Below, piece after piece: positions 60,851 through 64,000 of a DNA stretch of 64,000 bases. Each line of letters begins with the position of its first letter. Position 1 is the stretch's first letter. Source of the DNA: Chrysomallon squamiferum. Its lineage: Eukaryota; Animalia; Mollusca. Location: positions 26,412,001 to 26,476,000 of the forward strand of contig CM022670.1 of assembly GCA_012295275.1 (NCBI GenBank). The letters run 5' to 3'. The translations under genes and the position numbers were made by a program. Under the pieces are notes generated by a model. The model worked only from the letters and a program-made list of their open reading frames with translations. It was not told where the DNA came from and did not search any database.

Positions 60851-62241
60851 CTAAATGGTTTAATTTATTTGTCGTGCAAAGTAGAAAGCTAAATAATTAT
60901 TCTCATTCCTTGTCACGTCCGATTCTAACTACATAACGAAATCAAACTGCCGTGCTTGAATCGCCCCTAATTCCCACAATTACTGTAAGAAGCGAGTAAC
61001 GAACCTCGCGCTCACATAACATCGTCTCGGTCATAGACACTCTTTGAAAATAAGGACGTCGTTAGTGTTAAATCTCAGTAAAAAGCGGTTGTCTAGCCAT
61101 CAAGTTGAGAACGTAGTGCTGCAAGACTTGGCTTAATAAACCTCTGACGAGATTATATTCAGCTTTTTCCATTTCAGTCGACACCTTTCATTCGGAAAGT
61201 GTTTTTAATGGGGAGACGAGTGCAGAGAAAAGCTCACACCTTCCTGTGTTAATTTCCGATACAGGCCGAGACGTTTCTCTCACTGACGTGGTTGACGTCG
61301 CTGTCTTTATTGTTGTTGAGTTGATTTTCGTTCTAGTCACTGCTTCGTTATTTCCGATGTACACAAAAGATATGTTTTCTAATTAAGAGATTAATTTTAT
61401 TTTCGGTAGTATGTAGTGAAACAGCATCGAGTCAGTCAAATATATACAAACATTTTGCAGAAACTGTACTGAAGTCTGTTATGATAATGCAGTATTTGTA
61501 TGACTAGAATAAATAAATAAATTTATGTGTGTTAATGGAGATAAATATGAAGTCGATGGGTCAAAAGAAAAACAAATACTCTAATAAAAATACGCGATTC
61601 CACATGAAGTTATAAAAACAAACGATTTTTCTGATGACAAGTGCATTCTCAAAATTATACGTTATATGGACAAATTAAACTCCAAAATACAGGGGGGGGG
61701 TTCTACTTTTTCTTCTTTTTTTTCTTTATATGTATTTCTTTGTCTTTTTAATTAAATATTTACTTATTACTTTATTTTTTTTTATTTTTTTATCTTTCTG
61801 TATTATTTTTTATTTATTACTATTATTTTTTTTTATTAACATTTTACAGACAATCATTCTTAAAACCGGAAGTTCTTTTGAAGCTAATGCACGTTTAATT
61901 TCCACCCATGTATTGAAAACACCCAAGAATGGTTTTAACCTACAAACAAACGTGAAACGCCTGTTAGTTTTGTTAATGTTTTTATAGTTTAGTGTCACGA
62001 CTTAAACAGGCAATGTTTAACAGTTAAGATGCATTGTTTGAAAGGAAACGGCATTAAGATTTCGAGTCAAATATCAGACGGTCTGTTCCGATAACATCGC
62101 GCACCATTACAGAGTAAAATCACTTATCAGAGCCAGCTGTGTTTGACTTCCCGCAGCAAGCATGCGCAGAGCGAACCCGAGACGTTCCAGTGAATAGACG
62201 CTGAATGTTGATATGTCGTGTAAACAGGCGGTTTCTTCAAT

Positions 62242-62454
62242 ATGGCCGTAAGATTAAGCGCCTAACGTGAGTTTTAATGCGCGAAGTGTGTTATGAATAT
62301 TTCTCTGCACACAATAAGATAATAGCAGAAACATTCTGAGCGTATCCGACATAATCCCGGGCGTCTGTCTTATAACTGATACATTGGAATTTTTTTTTTT
62401 TTTTTTTGTTTTATTTTTTTTAAAGTTCGGGGTCTGATGATGATGATAATAATA

Positions 62455-62502
<48 letters not shown>

Positions 62503-62798
62503 GTATCAGTATCAGTATAAACATCATCGTCATTATAACTGCTGAATAAATCCCTACTTTAATCCTCTATTACATTCTGAATTATTATTTTCTTCTACTT
62601 TAATACCTATTTGTAACTTTTCTTACTTTTTTTTTTTTTTTTTTTTTTTTTGGCTGCTGTAAAAGTGTATATAATATTAAAGGTTTCAATAATTATAAAT
62701 AAAGTATTCGACTCAGAAATGGTTTGCAGATTTGTTGATAGTTTTGACGGGAACTTTTAAATTATTTTTTCTTTCTTTCTTTTATTTTTTTATTTATT

Positions 62799-62858
<60 letters not shown>

Positions 62859-63347
62859 TTTGTTTTTTGTTTTTTTATTATTATTATTATAGACGTTTCT
62901 TTTGGTTTGTTTGAATTTTCTTCTTTTTTATCCATCTTCCACTTATTATATTATGTTTTTAACCGATAACTCGGTTTTTTTTATGGTTACTTTTTTACTT
63001 ATTTATTTTTTTTTTTTTTTTCTTTAATTTATTGATGTTAACACTCTTCTTGTCATAATAATATAAAAAAAAAATTAGTTTTCGTTTCCTTTTCGTTTTC
63101 CTTCAGAAAAACTACACTTTCCAAAAAAAAAAAAAAAAAAAATGTTTTCTTCTTACAGTCGCCATCAATTTCCTGTAACCATCGTCTACACCTTTCCTCT
63201 TCAGCATCTCCATCACCTGCCGCCATCAAGATTACGAGCCAAAGTAGACGATTAAGCATATCTTTATTATTATCCTTCTCTCTCCTGGTGCTCGTCCTAT
63301 CGAGATTCGTGTTCCATGAATCAAGTGATAACTGCCATTTTCCAAAA
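62242..63347 (+). CDS. Possible 5' part of another type II membrane protein gene continuing beyond the window
   Basis: ATG GCC|gtaaga micro-exon (62242-62247) in a CpG-richer region joins in phase to ttttcttcttacag|63159, reading SPSISCNH...SQSRRLSISLLLSFSLLVLVLSRFVFHESSDNCHFPK. The downstream donor is uncertain. Confidence 0.3.
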
Positions 63348-63812
63348 GTAGAAACTCGTATCGAATTTGTCAGAAATTTATCACGCTGTATACTTCAGTC
63401 ACGTGAACAATTGCTACTTATCACGTGCAGATTGCCTACTTCTTCACACTCGAACTCACTCACAAATGATAATTTATATATTTTTTTTTAAAAATAACAA
63501 AAATAAATAAATAAGTTCTAATATCTGCTTTATCGTATGTTTATTTATATTTATCATTACAGCGGTGAACATCGTGTATAATAATTTAACATATTGTGTG
63601 ATCTGTGCCTCTTTATGATGTTCTGCTTTATTGAAGAGAAAGATAATTATACTCATTTTAGTACTCAGGTTCAGTGGTAAGTGATAAAATGCGGACCTAG
63701 ATTAATTTACGAAATAATTATTCGGTTTAGCATGTGCATTCGCATCTGTACCGAACTTTCTTATTTTTTTCTCTTTTTTTTGAACTGAAACTATGTATAT
63801 GTGTGTGTATGC

Positions 63813-63918
<106 letters not shown>

Positions 63919-64000
63919 TGGTTTTATTTTATTTTATTTATTTATTTATTTGTTGTTGTTTGTTTTGTTTTGTGGGTTTTTTTGTTCGTATGAACTGCGA

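Overview
AT-rich, microsatellite-laden, intron-containing eukaryotic DNA from an invertebrate genome (mollusc-like, by inference only). Most ORFs in the supplied track are low-complexity artefacts. Manual splicing reveals a cluster of six METTL24-like genes or gene copies (Methyltransf_22, related to the FkbM class I SAM-dependent methyltransferases). The full-length copies share a 6-coding-exon layout (intron phases 0,2,2,2,0) and a type II membrane architecture: short cytosolic tail, one transmembrane helix, variable stem, catalytic domain. The copies are A (+, 5253-10372, motif-divergent), B (-, 12365-16121, canonical), C (+, 5'-truncated copy of A), D (-, copy of B with a 1-bp frameshift), E (-, 36643-40231, intact but with degenerate SAM motifs) and F (-, 44458-52295, canonical, with one GC-AG intron). 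A+B were tandemly duplicated to give C+D. There is a 126-bp tract of perfect identity between D and the otherwise diverged F, and a templated exon-5 fragment inside intron 1 of B and D. Intergenic DNA holds a ~156-bp satellite, a 27-bp minisatellite, and decayed Gypsy, CR1/L2-group LINE, Tigger/pogo, MULE and hAT-like elements. Main hypothesis: an expanded, diversifying family of secretory-pathway (Golgi-lumenal) methyltransferases with pseudoenzyme members, candidates for invertebrate glycan O-methylation.
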